Assembly: GCF_030144855.1 (NCBI RefSeq)
Contig: NC_082713.1
Coordinates: 156,860,001-156,924,000, forward strand
From: Hypanus sabinus
Lineage: Eukaryota
DNA length: 64,000 nt
Direction of reading: 5' to 3'
The notes under the pieces are model-generated. The model worked only from the letters and a program-made list of their open reading frames with translations, had not been told where the DNA came from and made no database searches. This document shows positions 24,945 to 38,534 of this stretch, piece by piece (position 1 is the stretch's first letter; the number at the start of each line of letters is the position of its first letter). The position numbers and the translations under genes are program-made.

Positions 24945-25495
24945 TCAGCCTTTTCTCCTTGGAGCAACGGAGGATGAGAGGTGACCTGATAAAGGGTGTA
25001 CAAGATAATGAGATGTATTAATTGTGTGGATATTCAAGAGACTTTTTCCCAGGGCTGAAATGGCTAGCACAAGAGAGCACAGTTTTAAGGTGCTTGGCGG
25101 TAGTTACAGAGGAGATGATGGGTAAGTACTTATTGTTAAGGGGGATGACCACAGGGATGCTCTCCACAATCTGATGTTTTCCCTCCCCTCTCTTGACAGT
25201 CACCCATTTATCTGTCTCCTGTAGCCTTGAGGTGACTACCTCCATGTAGCTCCCATGCATTACCTCCTCACTTACCCTATCACGCTGAAGGTCATTGAGC
25301 TGCAGCTCCAGTGCCCTAACATGTTCTCTAACGAAGCTGCATCTCAATGCTCTGGATGAGCTGTGGCCATCTGGGAGGCTGGAAGTGCCACATCTGACTC
25401 AGCCAGAACAGAACACTGGCCCTGCAGACACACCCCCTGTTCTTTCAAGATTAAAATAAGAAAAAGAAATAAGAAATAAACTTACCTACTCGCAC
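24945..25495. mobile_element. Two CR1 fragments: RT 3' piece (+, 24945-25122) and ORF1 5' piece (-, 25123-25495)
   Basis: The first matches 49228-49405. The second encodes VRALELQLNDL...DKWVTVKRG, similar to 46600-46720. Confidence 0.7.
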
Positions 25496-27669
25496 AGATT
25501 GTAGTGAAAACAGTAAATGCAGATCCTATAAACTGATCTACCTGTAGAATGTCAATCCAGTCATCTGACTCACTTTAATAACCTCTATTTTTTTTTATTG
25601 AGTGATTTGGAACTAAAAATTGCAAGACAATCTTGACTGGTACTTACAGCCTTGATTTCTCACCTCATGTAAATATCTCACTTGAATTTCATATCTTTGG
25701 TATATTCTGCACATAGCCCCACACAATCCAAGTACAAGAGAATTGCTGAACCTACTCTTTCTGACCTCTTTTTATCTGAAGTGTTCACTTTTGCATTTTA
25801 ATTTTGTCTTGCTGAAGTCTGTTACACATTTTAGTTTGCTTTGCCAGAACATCCTTTCTGCAATTTTCATTGCTGACTTGGTTTCAATGTTCTTGGTTAC
25901 TAAATGCTTTGAATCACAGAATTTGAAGACAGTAAGTATTCGTTATAGTGTTCTGAATATACTGCAAGCTAAGATGAGGAGCCAGCATTGCAGACTTGAC
26001 AATCCTTGCAGCATTTTGACTATTTAATATTACCCTGGGATCTCTGCCAAAAACAATACCTTTGGACATATGAGATTATATCTGAGGAGTCTTGTTTTAG
26101 CAGTAGCCTTATTGTAAAGCAGGCTGTCAGAAAATTATGTCACTAGCTGCATCATGATATATTGAAAGAGAGGCTGCAGAAAGTTTTCATGCTCTCTTTT
26201 AAAATCGTTGCAGGTAACTTTTGCTGCACGTAGCAGTGTAAAGTATGTGCACATACCAAACCGATGATCAATACTGTACATAAGTAACAATAGCTTCACC
26301 AATTTTCCTCTGGAAAGAAGGACAGGACATGTAGTTTTAAGTTTCCTTTCAGAGCAGATACTATAAATGCCACCCACATATGCACTGAATGTTTTCATAC
26401 TGGTCCCATAGGCTTATAGCATAACATTTGGACATAATAATTGTGATACTGTGCACTCAGCTCCTGTCATACCCAGTAATAGCAAATCAACAACCACTGT
26501 CCTGGAAGCAGATGGATTCTAGATTGCTCTTAAGAGTGTTACATTCAATCCTCTGACCCTCATATTCCACCCTTGGAAGTTCACTTTTCTGATTTTCTTC
26601 TCATTATTTGTTTAGTTAAAAATACCACCAAATTAGCATATATAATGAAATATTTATCAGTTGTTGATAAATATATATGGTGCTGCTGCCTTAACTTTCT
26701 AATACTGGAATTTGCACCAGGAGCTTATGCTTTTGCAGCACTAAAAACATGACATTTATTGACAACATAAAATTTACACTATCTTAAAAGCTAATCAACA
26801 TTTATAATTTTATATCACAGCACCAAACTCTTCTTTTTTTTTGTTTGGTCTGAATTGATGATGCTGTTCCAAGTGGCTGAATGATTTAGTTAACAGAATA
26901 TAAATTTAAATTTTATAATAAATGCTTAGTTTGTGAAATCTTAATGTACTTAATTGCATGTAGCTGATACTTTATCATAGTTCTGTGAAATTTGTTTTTA
27001 ATTTACAGACTAAAACTTACTAAGATAAAGGTCTTAAAATATTAAAGATTTGGCAGGTTCTATTTAATTAGATTATTCTAACAATATAGACTTCTGAGCA
27101 GATTTAATAAGTGTGATAAAACAGCTGAATGACACTTCTGTTTCCAGAATGAGTATCCTATTTTAGGATTTGGGCCCAAATGTAAACTTGGATTGCACTG
27201 CAGTGCTGGTGTATTCCTGCACTTTTAGGATCTTAGTTTCATGTTTAGAACAGGGAATACTCTTTTGTTTGGATTCAAGACATATAGTGGGAAGACACCA
27301 AGAAATATGAGATCAAGTAAATTGAACTTGGGCATTTTTATTCAGATATCAAAGGTGTTTGAATTTTCTGTTGTGGCTGAATGTCATAAAATACCTATTC
27401 TCTATTGAAGTTTGAAATTGATGACTCACTTTAAGATTGGCTATTTTCTTATCTTACTATTGTCTCTTCTCTTCACTTCTGTACTCTAACCTCTAATTTC
27501 TTTTCCTGTTTTTCACACATGAATTGCCATTGTGAAACTGAATGCTCTGTTAGTCCTATAGATGAGTTTGGTTGGTACGAGCTCTGTGTCCCAGATTGCC
27601 AAGTACATGATAAATTTAGGCAATTTTGCTTGCAGCTATGTACCAGATAATCCAACAGGACAGAAATGC

Positions 27670-28336
27670 TCTCAGAGGCTACTTTATTAGTTTTACCTGT
27701 ACACCTGCTCATTAATGCAAATATCCAATTAACCAATTCTGTGACAGTAACTCATTGCATAAAAGTATGTAGACATAGTCAAGGGGTTCAGTTATTCTGA
27801 ACAAGGGAAGATGCTGCAAATCCAAAGCAACACACAAAATGCAGGAAGAACTTCAACAGGTCAGGCAGCATCTATGGAAAAGGGTAAACAGTCACCGTTT
27901 CGGGCCGAGACCCTTCTTCAGATCAAATATCAGAATGGGGAAGAAATATGACCTAACTGATTATAACCATGGAATGGTTGTTGGTCCCAGACAGGGTTTT
28001 TTGAGTGTTTCAGAAACAACTGATCTCCTGTGATTTTCATGCACAGTCTTTAGAGAGAATGGTGTGAAAAACAAAAAAAAAATCTAATGTGGTAGTTCAG
28101 TGGGCAAAATCGCCTTGTTAAAGAGAGAGGTCAGAGGCCAGACTGGTTCAAGCTGACAGGAAGGCAACAATAACTCAAGTAGACGTGCGTTACGACAGTG
28201 CTGTGCAGAAAAAAAACATCTCTGAATGCACATGTTGAACCTTGAAGCAGATGGGCTACTGTAATGGACCACAACCGTTATTCTCAGTAGCTACTTTAAG
28301 TACGGAGGTATGTAATGAAGTGGCCACTGAGTCTAT
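27670..28336 (+). mobile_element. Non-autonomous Tc1-like element containing a Penelope pLTR insertion (27800-27922)
   Basis: TIRs ctcagaggctactttattag and aatgaagtggccactgag. Transposase N-terminal remnant MGKKYDLTDYNHGMVVG. Same family as 61539-62130. Confidence 0.75.
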
Positions 28337-29959
28337 GTACTCATTTCCATTATCCTCTAGTCAAAATGAGCTGGATAATTTGAAATTTATATTAGAGCCA
28401 CACACAGGTTTCAGAAAGGGTAGACTTTATTTTTTTGCAACACGTTTAACAATTTTGTTAAAAATGCAAATTATTTTTAAAAAGAATGTTACCTGTTATC
28501 CTGGTGGATGTAACAGTTCCATTATAAGGGGCGGGTTCATAGATTCTATGTAAATTGCACCTTGGCACAAGATCTCAGAACGGATTCCCAGTCTTAAATT
28601 CTCTGGAATTCTAACAAATCTCATGTATGGACCACGAGGAGTACAGTGGTAGAATGCAGCTAAAAAATAACTAAAAAGATTTCATTTAGCAAATTTAGAA
28701 CTTGAATATGCGTGGTAATGTTGACAAATCCAAATGAAATCTAGATTGTGGTTTTATCAATACATCACAACTCTGATAAACTGCTTTCTGGTTGATCCAT
28801 AGTTTTAATAGCTCAACAACTGAGTTATTGGGGCTTCCCAAACTCAGTGGAGTTTTACTATAATTCATTTTGAACGTTCATTTATGCTTTATCATTGTAC
28901 TTTGTCTTTCTTTTTTAGAAATGTCTTCCCTAGTAGGCTTGAGTCAGTTTAGTTCTTACTAACATTAGTCAACTACTATCGAGCAAGCAAATACAGATGA
29001 GGAAGGGCAGCCGCTGTGAATTCATATTTGTATTTAGCCCAAAGAAAACAATAGTCTGGCCTATCAAAATTCAAGAAACTTTGTTAGTAACTCATACCTG
29101 CTGAACTAGATAGAGGAAATATTTGAAATCTGGCATTGGCTCTGTTAAATAAGAAAATCTTGCAAATATCAGTAGTAAAAATACTCCCCAGTTACTGATA
29201 GGGAAAACCTGAGCTGTTATTAACATCTAACCTGTCACTGATCCTCTTGGGAAGAATAATGATTTCATTTGTAGTGTCAGGAACCTATAATTCTCCAGCT
29301 TTGACTTTTGGTTGTGGTGTTACTGTAATCTGACACTGAACAGGGAAGTTAATCTTCTGTGTGAGTAGAATAAATACAATACACTTATCTCTGTACTGTA
29401 GGCAATTAGTGATTGATCACTATACATCCATGCAGTTTGGAATGAATTGTAAGGTCTCAATGCACTATTGCCTCCAATTTGCATGACCTTTTCACCTGCT
29501 TCAATTGCATTGTCTGCACACTTATATTTCTAATGAATTTACCAAGTGCTTTGACACTTGTATAATATATTATATATTATTTTATAAAAACAAGCAAATA
29601 ACTTGAATTATAGAGGCAGTGAATTCTTAGCTTCCTTTATTTTATTTGTCATAATGCTTTTAAGTGAAATGTTAATTGGTTTAAGATACATGGATAAATT
29701 AAAGATTGAACTTGAACTGCTCATCAAAACGCAGAATAAGAAGAGCATCACAGATGAGTGGATGATAATCTGTATTCAAATAATGCAGTAGTATATTTAT
29801 CCCATTACAAGTTTCTGAGGGAGAACTTGACTGAAGTATGCCTCCCGGGTCTGCAGTGGCAGCACAATTGTGGTTTGCTGCTGTTACTGATGTACAAATT
29901 AGGAACAGACCACACAGCCATTTTTTTAAGCTCACGCTGCCATTCAAGAAGATCATGGC

Positions 29960-30450
29960 TGATTTGATTGTAACATCAGCTGTCCACTCCTAATGACCCT
30001 TAACCCCTTGATGTTTAATAACCTATCTACCTGACTCAGTGTTGTACAACAGAGAAAAGGACCATTCAACCGGTCACATCCATGCTGACATTTTTGCTTA
30101 GCTACACTAATCCCATTTACTCTCTTTAAACAAAATATTCAAAGACTCGACATTTACCACTCTTTGAGAAAGCGACTGCAAACTTCTGAAAGCAAAAGCT
30201 TCCTTTGTGTGTGGATGACACTTTACTTTTTACATATCCACTGTATCCTCTTCTATCTGTAGTATGCTTCTGAAGTCACCTTCGCTCTTCCAAGCTTCAG
30301 TGGATATGAGACTAGCATGTCCAGACTTAACGAATGAAATCTGCCCATTCCAGGTATCAGTCCAGTAAACCTTTTGAATTACTTCCAGCATAATTACACT
30401 CTTATTTAAAGAAGCGAGACTAATATTGTACAGAGTAATTCAGATTTGGC
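29960..30450 (-). mobile_element. Very old CR1 3' fragment(s)
   Basis: Weak similarity to other minus-strand CR1 tails in the window. Confidence 0.4.
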
Positions 30451-30489
30451 TTTTTTCTTTACAGCTTATGATTTATATATAGCTAATAT

Positions 30490-32217
30490 TTTTTGAGCAC
30501 GGTGTCACAAATGGAAAATTGCTGGGAACGTTCCCAGTTGATGCTCAAGTCTCTGCACACCATAGACAGTCTGAGAAATAACCTCACATATGTAATGAAC
30601 AGAAGTTGATGAAAAATAGAAAAATACTACATAAAGCTAAAATGAAGATCTTGATTGTGTATCGTCAGTGGAGTGACATTATGCAGTTTAACTGAATGCT
30701 AATCATGAAACAAGCAAGGATTTATCCATGATACACTGAATATTGTAATTGTGAATATTCAGCAGGCTGGTCGCAGAAATTTAATAAAAGACACAGCATT
30801 AAATTTTAAAGCATCTGCTGATCACAAAAATCTAGCACCAGAACAAGTCTATGATGCTGACTATATTTACACCTCACAAAACCTAACAAAAGTAGTAAAA
30901 GACAAATACAGTGTACTTAACCTTTTTATTAAAAAACCACGGCATCATAGGTGGAGACTGAAAACCTGCCATTGTTTGTTGTTTTAAACAGTTGACTCCT
31001 GTATTAGCTCGATGCTGCTGTGCTACTTTTGTTACCCTGCACACATATTTTCAGTATATCAATGGTAGGCAAAATTTTTTTACTGTCAAGTATATACCAT
31101 AAGATCATAATGTATAGGAGCAGAATTAGTCTATTTGGCCCATTGAGTCTGCTCTGCAATTTCATCATGGCTGACTCAATTTTCCTCTCAGTCCCATTCT
31201 CTTGCATTCTCCCCATGTTCTTTCATGCCCTAACCCAATCAAGAATATATCAACCTCTGCCTTAAATATACTAAAGATGCCCTCCACAGCTGCCTGTGGT
31301 AAAGAATTCCACAGATTCACCACTCTGGCTAAAGAAGTTCCTCTTCATCTCTGTTCTAAAAGGATGTCCCTCTATTTTGAGGGTGTGGCCTCCAGTCTTA
31401 CTCTCCCAACTTAGGAAACATCCTCTTCACAGCCAAGGGCTTTCACCATTCGATAGGTTTCAATGATGTCATCCTCATTCTTCTGAATCCTAATGAATAC
31501 AGGCTCAGAGCCATTAAACACTCTTCATGTAGCAAGCCATTTAATCCTGGAATCATTTTCGTGAACCTCCTTTGAACCCTCTCCAGTTTCAGTACATCCT
31601 TTATAAGATAAAGGGCCCAAAATTGCTCAGAATACTCAGTGTTCTAACCTCAGAGGCCTAACCAGTGTCTCAATATTACATTGTTGCTATTATATTCTAG
31701 TCCTCTTCAAATGAATGGTAATGTTGCATTTGCCTTGCTCACCACAGACTCGACCTGCAAATTAACCTTGAGGGAATCCTGCACGAGAACTTCCAAGTCC
31801 CCTTGCACCTCAGTTTTTTTGTATTTTCTCTCCATTTAGAAATGTCAACCTTTTCATTTCTACCAAAGTGTATGACCATATACTCTCCAACACTTCTTTC
31901 TGCCATTTCTTTGCCCATTCTCCTAATCTGTCTAAGTCCTTCTGTAGCCTTTCTACTTCGTCAAAACTGCCTGCCCTTCCATCTATTTTCATATCTCTTA
32001 CAAAGTTTGCAACAAAGCCATCAACTCCGTCATCCAAATCATTGACATATAAGATAAAAAGAATCAGTCCCAACACAGGCCTCTGGAACATCACTAGTCA
32101 CAGACAGCCAGCCAGAAAGATTTCAAGCTATCTCAATATATACTCCAAAATCAAAAAACCTAAATCCAAAATGCTTCCAGGCCCAAGCATTTCTGATATG
32201 ATGTACTCAGCCTGTAA
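30490..32217 (+). mobile_element. Tigger/pogo-like DNA transposon remnant split by a CR1
   Basis: EQVYDAD resembles the pogo/Tigger QVYNADET motif. The end caagcatttctgatatgatgtactcagcctgta resembles Tigger termini. Confidence 0.5.
31097..32118 (-). mobile_element. 5'-truncated CR1 LINE
   Basis: Minus-strand ORF VLGLILFILYVNDLDDGVDGFVANF...LQKDLDRLGEWAKKWQ; tail ccataagatcataa. Confidence 0.88.
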
Positions 32218-32694
32218 TATATTGTATTGTGCACTTTGTCTATGGCAATGAGAATCCAGCAACTGGTGAACTATGTATATGGGATCATCATCCTAGGTTC
32301 CACATATTCAGGTTTAGGTGGGTTCAGTAGTCCTTACACGTGGAAGGTAGGTGTAATCATAAAGGAGGGTGGCAGTTGGAGATTAGTGGCAGTGGCATGA
32401 TTAATGCCATGGGTCATCAGTGAATTGGGATGAGAGCTTGTGTGAGTCATTGGCAGGGGAAAGTCTTAGGTGGACAGCTAAACATGGTTCCCAGTCTGGT
32501 GTTGTTTGGCTGGGCACAGATGACACAGTTGGTGGCCCTCTGTGCCCTTCTCCAAGCATTCCAGCTGCGGCAAACCAAGGCCCTGGGAAATGGGAGCTCC
32601 TTTGTGGGCTCTTCTCCCGAAAGCAAGGAGAGTTGGAGCCTTGAAGCACTGTAATGAGTGACATAACCATGGCTGTGGAAGTGTGTAGATTGTG

Positions 32695-33193
32695 AGACAG
32701 CAACACACCCAAAATGCTGGAGGAACTCAGCAGGCCAGGCACCATCTAGGAAAATAATACAGTCGACATTTTGGGCTGAAACGCTTCAGCAGGCCTGGAG
32801 GCAAAAAAAAAAGCTGAGGAATCGATTTAAAAGGTGGTGGGGAGGGAGAGGGAAACACAGGGTGATAGGTGAAACTTGGAGGGGGAGGGATGAAGTAAAG
32901 AGCTGGGAAGTTGATTAATGAAAGAGACAGAGGGCCATGGAAGAAAGAAGGTGGTGGGGTGGGAAGCACCAAAGTGATGTGGTGGGCGGGGAAGGAGGTA
33001 AGGCGAGAGAAGGAAAAGCGGATGGGAAATGGTGAAGGGGGCAGGAGGGCATGTCCGGAAGATTGAGAAATGGATGTTCATGCCATCAATTTGGAGACTA
33101 CCCAAACCACAGGCCACCCATTTTAATTCCACTTCCCATTCCAAAAGTGTTCATCCATGGCCTCCTCCACTGTAGTGATGAGGCCAAGCTCAG
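32695..33193 (-). mobile_element. Penelope-like element 3' end with pLTR
   Basis: Parallels 23700-24140; encodes LGSLQIDGMNIHFS. Confidence 0.8.
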
Positions 33194-33195
33194 AT

Positions 33196-35900
33196 AAGTA
33201 GAAATGCTGCTGTGTTTTCTTCATAATTGCACTCACATGCTGGGCTCAGGACATATCCTGTGAAACATTAACACCAAGGAACTTAAAGTTGCTGACCCTC
33301 TTCACCTCTGATGTTCTGATGAGGACTGGCTCATGGACTTCTGGATTCTGCCTCTTGAAGTCAATAATCAGCTTTTTGGTTTTGCTGACATTGAGTGAGA
33401 GGTTGTTATTGCAGCACCAATTAGCCAGATTTCTAATCTCTCTCCTCTGTGCTGATTCATCACCATCTTTGATTCAGCCAACAACAGTGGTGTTGTCAGC
33501 AAACTTAAATATGACATTGGAGCTGAGCTTAGATTTATAGTCATAAGCTGTCAGGGTGATGGAGCAGGGATCCAATCACAGACCCAGTACTGTGCACACA
33601 GTGATATTAGTTGAGTAACAAATCCCAAGATGCCATCCAAGTCGGCATCAAAGTTCAGGCAGGGATCAAAACATCCAGTGAAATCCAAAAACCAGAATCA
33701 GGGGACAGACACATGCTGGAAAAGCTCGGAGAAATTCACTGGCACAATCTGACAACAAACACGTGAAGACACAGGATTAAAATACAGTTATCAAAAAACA
33801 GAGGCAGATGATAGGTGGAGCACAATGAGACAGAAGTGGCAGCAAAACAGGTAATAATGAGAAACAGGTGAGAGGTGGAGTATTCACTAATACAGGGGTT
33901 GAAGTTGAGCAGGAGCACATGGGGCATGAGAAAAAAAACAAGAGCACATGGCAATATGAAACCACAGACTGATGGCTAGGAGGAAAACATGCAAAGACAA
34001 AAGTCAACTGGAGGTACTGACTTAAGTATAAAGCAAACAGATCAAGGGGCTATGCACACAGCCTTGTGGTGCACCCATGCTGATGGAGATTGTGAAGGTG
34101 ATGTAGTTGCCAATCTGCAAGTGAGGAAATCAAGCGTTCAATTGCACAAGGAAGTACTGAGGCTAAAGTTTTGAAGCTTATTGATTAGTTTTGAGGGCAT
34201 GATGATATTCAGTGTTGAGCTGTAGTCAATAAAGAGTATCCTGATGTAGGCATCTTTGCTGTCCAGATGTGCCAGGGTTGAGTGAAGGGCCAATGAAATG
34301 GCATCTGTTGTGCCAGTAGGCAAATTAGACTCCAGGTCCAAGTCACTTCTCAGGCAGTAGTTGATATGTTTCATCACCAGTTTCTCAGAGCATTTCATCA
34401 CTGTGGATATAAGTGCTACCAAATGATAGTTATTGAGCTAGATTACCACATTCTTCTTGGGCACCGGTGTAATTGAAACTGGTTGGAAGCAGGTGGGTTT
34501 CTCAGACTCCGGAATGAGAGGTTAAAGTTATCATTGAGCATTCCAGCAATTTGATCAGCACAAGTGTTTAGTACTCAGCTAGGTACCCCATATGCCCAAA
34601 ATACTTCTCCGTAGGTCAGCCTCAGACTGAAATCACAGGGTTATCAGGGCTGCAGGAGCGCGTGAATATTTTCCATGTTTTGATGGTCAAAGCAGACATA
34701 GAAGGAAATGAGCTCATCTAGGAACGAAGCCTTGCTGTCACCTTTGAAGAGGTAATAGTATTCAAGCCCTTCTACAGTTGTCAAGCATTCTTCAGTGATT
34801 GAAATTTTGTCCATAATTGCCTCTCTGCATATAGATGGCTTTATGGAGATCATAACTGAACCTCTTGTATCTTACTTGGTCGCCAGACCTGAATGCCCCT
34901 TAACTAGCCCTCAGCAGATTGTGGATCTCATGGGTCATACAGGGCTTCTGGTTGCGGAGGACTGAATGATATTTTGGGAACATTCTCATCTACGATTGGT
35001 TTTATAAAGTCTGTGACAACTGTTGTGTATTCATTCAGTTCCTCTGAGTCCTTGCTTCAGTCTACCAACTTGAAGCAATCCCATAGCTGTTCCTGTACCT
35101 CCTGTGACTACCTCTTTGTTGTTTTTATCTGTGGAACCTTGCAATTTAGACTCTGTCTGTATGCAGGTAGAAGAAGGATAACTAAGAGATCAGATTTCCT
35201 GAAATGCAGTCAAGGCATGAAATGGTAGGCATTCTTTGTTGTAGTATAGCAGTGGTTGAGTGTGTTGAGATCCCTAGTGCTGCAGGTCATATGCTGATGA
35301 TAATTGGGCAGAGATTTATTCAGATAAACTTCATTGAAGTCCCAAACTATGATTGGAAATGTGCCAAGGTTGGTAATATCTTGTTTGGTGATGACAGCAT
35401 TCAATGTTTCAAGGTCCTGAGTAATGTCAGTGTTTGGCAGTATACAATCAGTGGTCAGGATCACAAAGAAGATCTCTCTTGGTAAGTGGAATAGACAACA
35501 CTTGATAGTTAGACATGTGTGACAAAACAAGCACCACAAAACACCTATCATGAAACACACTCTTTGCCTTCTCTGAATCAGCAGTACAGTCCATCCTGAG
35601 TACAAAGAAGCCACCTGGTTTTACCAGGTCTGGAGAGAGCCATGTCTCTCTGAAACACAGAACACAGCAATTCCTTATTTCCCTCTGATTCAGCAATTTT
35701 GCCCTTAAGTCCTCAATCCTGATCTTCTGCAACTGTACACTTGCTAGCAGCATGCTGGATAAAGGGAGTCTTATTCCTTTGAACTTCTGCCTGACTTGGA
35801 GTCTTCCATTCCTTCCTCTCTTCCGGCCATGGTGAGGTACATTTAAAGGTGCCCTACCTCCATGCTTGAGACTTAAAGGTACAGTACCTGCATGCTTGAA
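33196..35900 (-). mobile_element. Decayed Rex1/Babar LINE (APE endonuclease plus RT)
   Basis: Remnants CCVLCFRETWL, IIVWDFN, VALISTVMKCSEKLV and AYIRILFIDYSSTLNIIMPSKL. Confidence 0.85.
33549..34022. mobile_element. Probable solo LTR (second family) inserted in the Rex LINE
   Basis: Begins TGTCAG and ends CTGACT (mutated TGACA). Flanked by TAAGC/TAAGT, a 5-bp TSD with one mismatch. The Rex sequence resumes after it. Confidence 0.65.
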
Positions 35901-36520
35901 AACTAGCAAGAATTAAAGAATTAGTATGCTGTCTACAAAGTGCAAAGTTGCTACTCTCCTCCAACGTTCCAGAACTTCAACCTCTATAAGAAAAAAGGGC
36001 AGGTGCATGTGATTGCAGCCCCCCCCCCGCCCCCCCATGTTGCACACTACCCTCATGCAGAAATGCAGCAACAAGCTGTTCATAATGTTCTTGAGTGATT
36101 GATGTGAATGCCCTTTAAATACTACTTTTAACATCTACTTCTGAAACCAGTTCTGTAAAGATTCAGAAATGGGATATTAGTAATATTTTGAAATCTTGAT
36201 TTTCATCCATTTCTTTAACAACTGTCAGGAGAGTTAAAATTTATTAAAAGAAGGCATGTTTAACAAGAACATTTCAGCCTTTCCAGAGGAAATGTTTGAG
36301 TGTCTTTATGGTTGTTTGATGTCTTTTAGAACTGCTGTTATCACAAAATCTTAAGTAAAGAGTGTCAACTGAAGCATATTCAAACTTTGCAGTAGCCTTT
36401 GTAAAATACAAGAAAGCAGCAAGCAATTGGTTGTCAAGTGGTCTTTAGTAAAAGCCCAATGAAATTAGAAACTCTTCCCTAAGCTAAGCAGATCCAAATA
36501 AAGAATAATTCTATTATTTA

Positions 36521-36748
36521 CAGTGCCTATAAAAAATAGCCCCCCCCCATAAGTTTTCATGTTTTATTGTTTTACAACATTGAATCATGTTGGATTTAAT
36601 TTGGCTCTTTTGACACTGGTCAACAGAAAAGCACTTTTTTGTGTCGAAGTGAAAACAAATCTCTACAACGTGATCTAAGTTAATTACAAATGTAAAACAC
36701 AAAATGACTGATTGCGTAAATATTCATCCCCTTCAAGTCAGTATTTAT
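36521..36748. mobile_element. Tc1-like terminal fragment
   Basis: TA-CAGTGCCTATAAAAA start and an inner direct-repeat-like aaatattcatcccc, similar to 50824 and 51420. Confidence 0.6.
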
Positions 36749-38534
36749 CCTTGGAATAAATGAATAGAAAAAATATGAAGGAAGATTTGGCGGTAATTTG
36801 GTAGAAGCAACCACATTTTTATTCCAGTAATTCCCCTGAACATAACTCAAGAGGGTTGTGTAATGGGATGGCTATCCGGTACACATCTGCCTTTATTAGA
36901 TTGCTTTACTTTGCTAAAGTCTGTTCAATGTTGGTAATCTCATGATTGACCTTTTTAGTTTGGAGTTGACTACATAAGCATTCTCAGTTTACTTAGAGCT
37001 CCCACATGGGAGGACAATTTGGAATAAAGCCAACATCAAATAAATTGGGCAGTTAAACTGGTAAAATTAACGTCAATTTTGAAATTATTTTTGAGAGTTT
37101 TCCACCTTGTAGTTATTCATGATATGGTGGTGAGGTTCTGGTAGTTGAGGTGGTGGACTATAAATGATTTTTTTTTTGTAAGCACACAATTGTATGTATG
37201 CTGAATTAAGCATCTGAAGGTGCACTACTGAAGTAAGCAGTCTTGACTTCCACAATATAGTTTGTACCCATGCTTTTCTCCATTTAGCCATTTCCTGGTC
37301 AGTCTTATCATTCATACTAGGTCCTTCACCAAGTGCAGATCATTCCTTTTTTCTCTGAATCCTCAGAAGTGTCAGGTTAATATTAGGTATGACTTTAATA
37401 TAAAGCAGAGTGTCACTTATGCTCTGTAACTAATTCATTATTGAGCTATTTATACCACATCAATATTGAAAGACTATGCATGGAGTCAGGAAGGACTGAG
37501 CAAAGCAAAATTCCAAATTTTGCATTAGAAGAATATTGACATTTCCAATTTTAAAGCAAGGCAAGCAGCCTCAAATTTGTGGAAGTGACAGCAAATGATG
37601 TCAGATTTTGGAATAATGACAATCCTTTCTTTTTAATTGATGCTGCAGAGACTGCTTAATATTGGCTCTGAAAATTGCTGAGTAAGTTTGGCTGTTTTTT
37701 AAAATCATTAGTTGTAAACAGCAACTTGACAACTGTGTGGGCAGACATAATTTCATATAGTGATGTAATCTCCACATGAAATAGTTTTACATTATGTATG
37801 CAATTGGATTGATCAATGCAACAATAGATTTAGGACATATATAATAAAAACCTCAGTAGACTGCATCAAATCCAAGATGATAGAGTACTTGTTCAATAAG
37901 AATTGATTATATTCAACCATTCTTAGGTTAATTACTTATGTCAGGAAACAGTGAGAATGATCCCATAATGTAAATGGAAGACATAGTTATGGCTGGTGAA
38001 GTGCTGAGGTGCATCATCAGTACAAACTCCCATGGTTAAGACAACTGGATTTGAAAAGTCAGCTAGTAAGTTGAAAATGGCAGCAGAAATTCAAACAACA
38101 GTTTGAGAAAGACATGAAGAAATGGAACTAAGAACAAGAAATTCATATGTATAATGATTACACTGGACGACAAACTTTTTCCAAAAGTGGTGCTTCCTCA
38201 GAATTTTTTTGTTTATGATAGACTGCTTAGAGCTGAACACAAATATCATTTCAGACTATTTGTATCATGTAGGAATTTAGAGAAAGAATAAATAACTTAT
38301 TTTGAATATAATGTTTAATTGCATAATAGTGCTGATGTTCTGCATAGTTCAACTATGCTAAAAATGTTTTGTTAATAATTTTCATTTGTACTCTGTCTGG
38401 AGCTTCTCACTTCAGTGTTCAACAATAATCAGCTAGCATTGTTGGATTCCAGTTCCCCAAAACCATTTCTCCATGACTGCAATGTCCTGGTGAAACCTTT
38501 TCCCATGCTTGTCACTGACAGCAACTAGACTTGC